64,000 nt of DNA from Proteromonas lacertae. Taxonomy: Eukaryota. How positions within the stretch are numbered: position 1 is the first letter of the stretch; each line of letters starts with the position of its first letter. Position numbers and translations under genes: made by a program. The DNA is taken from positions 496,001-560,000 of the forward strand of contig NGBS01000292.1 in NCBI GenBank assembly GCA_002245135.1, written 5' to 3'. The notes under the pieces are model-generated. The model worked only from the letters and a program-made list of their open reading frames with translations, had not been told where the DNA came from and made no database searches. This document shows, piece by piece, positions 63,499 through 64,000 of the stretch.

Positions 63499-64000
63499 AT
63501 GCTTTGCTTTCATCTAGACGATAACTTTGTTGAACAGTACCGTACAAAAGTTCCACCATTTGGATTTAATGGCTTAGGTGAGTTGGTTTACAGAAGAACT
63601 TACTCAAGAATTCAACCAGATGGTACAAATGAAGATTGGTACCAAACAGTCAGACGTACAGTAGAAGGAACATACTCTATTCAGAAGGAACATATTCAGT
63701 CTTTTCATTTAGGTTGGAATGAGGAACAAGGACAGAAATCAGCTCAAGAGATGTATGATTTAATCTACAACATGAAATTCTTACCCCCAGGCAGAGGCTT
63801 ATGGGCAATGGGAACATCAATAGTTCACGAGAAGAAATTAGCAGCAGCACTCAACAATTGTGCATTTGTATCAACAGAGAATCTCGATAAAAACCCATCA
63901 AAACCATTTGAATTCTTAATGGATGCTTCAATGTTAGGAGTTGGTGTAGGGTTTGATACAAAAGGTGCAAACAAAGTAACAATCATCGGACCATCTGAAG
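63499..64000 (+). CDS. nrdJ: Class II adenosylcobalamin-dependent ribonucleoside-triphosphate reductase (monomeric NrdJ/RTPR), 5' part
   Basis: Open frame from ATG 63499 to the window end: MLCFHLDDNFVEQYRTKVPPFGFNGLGELVYRRTYSR...EDWYQTVRRTVEG...MKFLPPGRGLWAMGT...AALNNCAFVST...PFEFLMDASMLGVGVGFDTKG. Absent from the ORF track because no stop lies in the window. Confidence 0.95.
   Translation, partial: MLCFHLDDNFVEQYRTKVPPFGFNGLGELVYRRTYSRIQPDGTNEDWYQTVRRTVEGTYSIQKEHIQSFHLGWNEEQGQKSAQEMYDLIYNMKFLPPGRGLWAMGTSIVHEKKLAAALNNCAFVSTENLDKNPSKPFEFLMDASMLGVGVGFDTKGANKVTIIGPSE

Noticed and set aside
1..64000. Polyadenylation-generated stop codons with a TGTTTGTT signal, as in human Blastocystis
   Set aside because: The genes whose 3' ends I could trace have genomic stop codons, and the motif is not evident at gene ends in this window.

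Overview
This window is gene-dense, very AT-rich eukaryotic nuclear DNA with many tiny (mostly about 25-45 nt) GT-AG introns and very short intergenic regions. The intron style, mitochondrial-organelle genes (HslU, small Tim) and gut-bacterial-type genes fit an anaerobic gut stramenopile (Blastocystis/Proteromonas-like); this is inference only. About 30 protein genes can be modelled. Recognisable ones are HslU, Nup133, IFT25, TAF5, a TBC Rab-GAP, LRRC56, a BTB-BACK protein, an ELM2/PLU-1/PHD chromatin protein, RPL30, an M14 carboxypeptidase, an RCC1-UBR protein, a Bacteroidota-type upp, a Tubby protein, an R2R3 Myb, a small Tim, a DUF1648/DUF5808 protein and a class II (B12) ribonucleotide reductase at the right edge. 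A probable second class II RNR starts at the left edge. The most striking structure is a non-coding island at about 55.8-58.6 kb: two divergent polycistronic snoRNA clusters arranged as a nested inverted repeat. It holds two snR30/U17 copies, many box C/D guides with identifiable rRNA targets and an H/ACA guide. At its centre is a structured RNA with bipartite complementarity around the 18S helix-34 acetylation site (snR4-like candidate). A CAAGC/GCTTG motif recurs just upstream of many start codons. Several genes show single-base frameshifts, probably assembly indels. Exon boundaries were traced by eye, so multi-exon gene spans are approximate. rRNA coordinates are yeast/human positions recalled from established modification maps, not computed.
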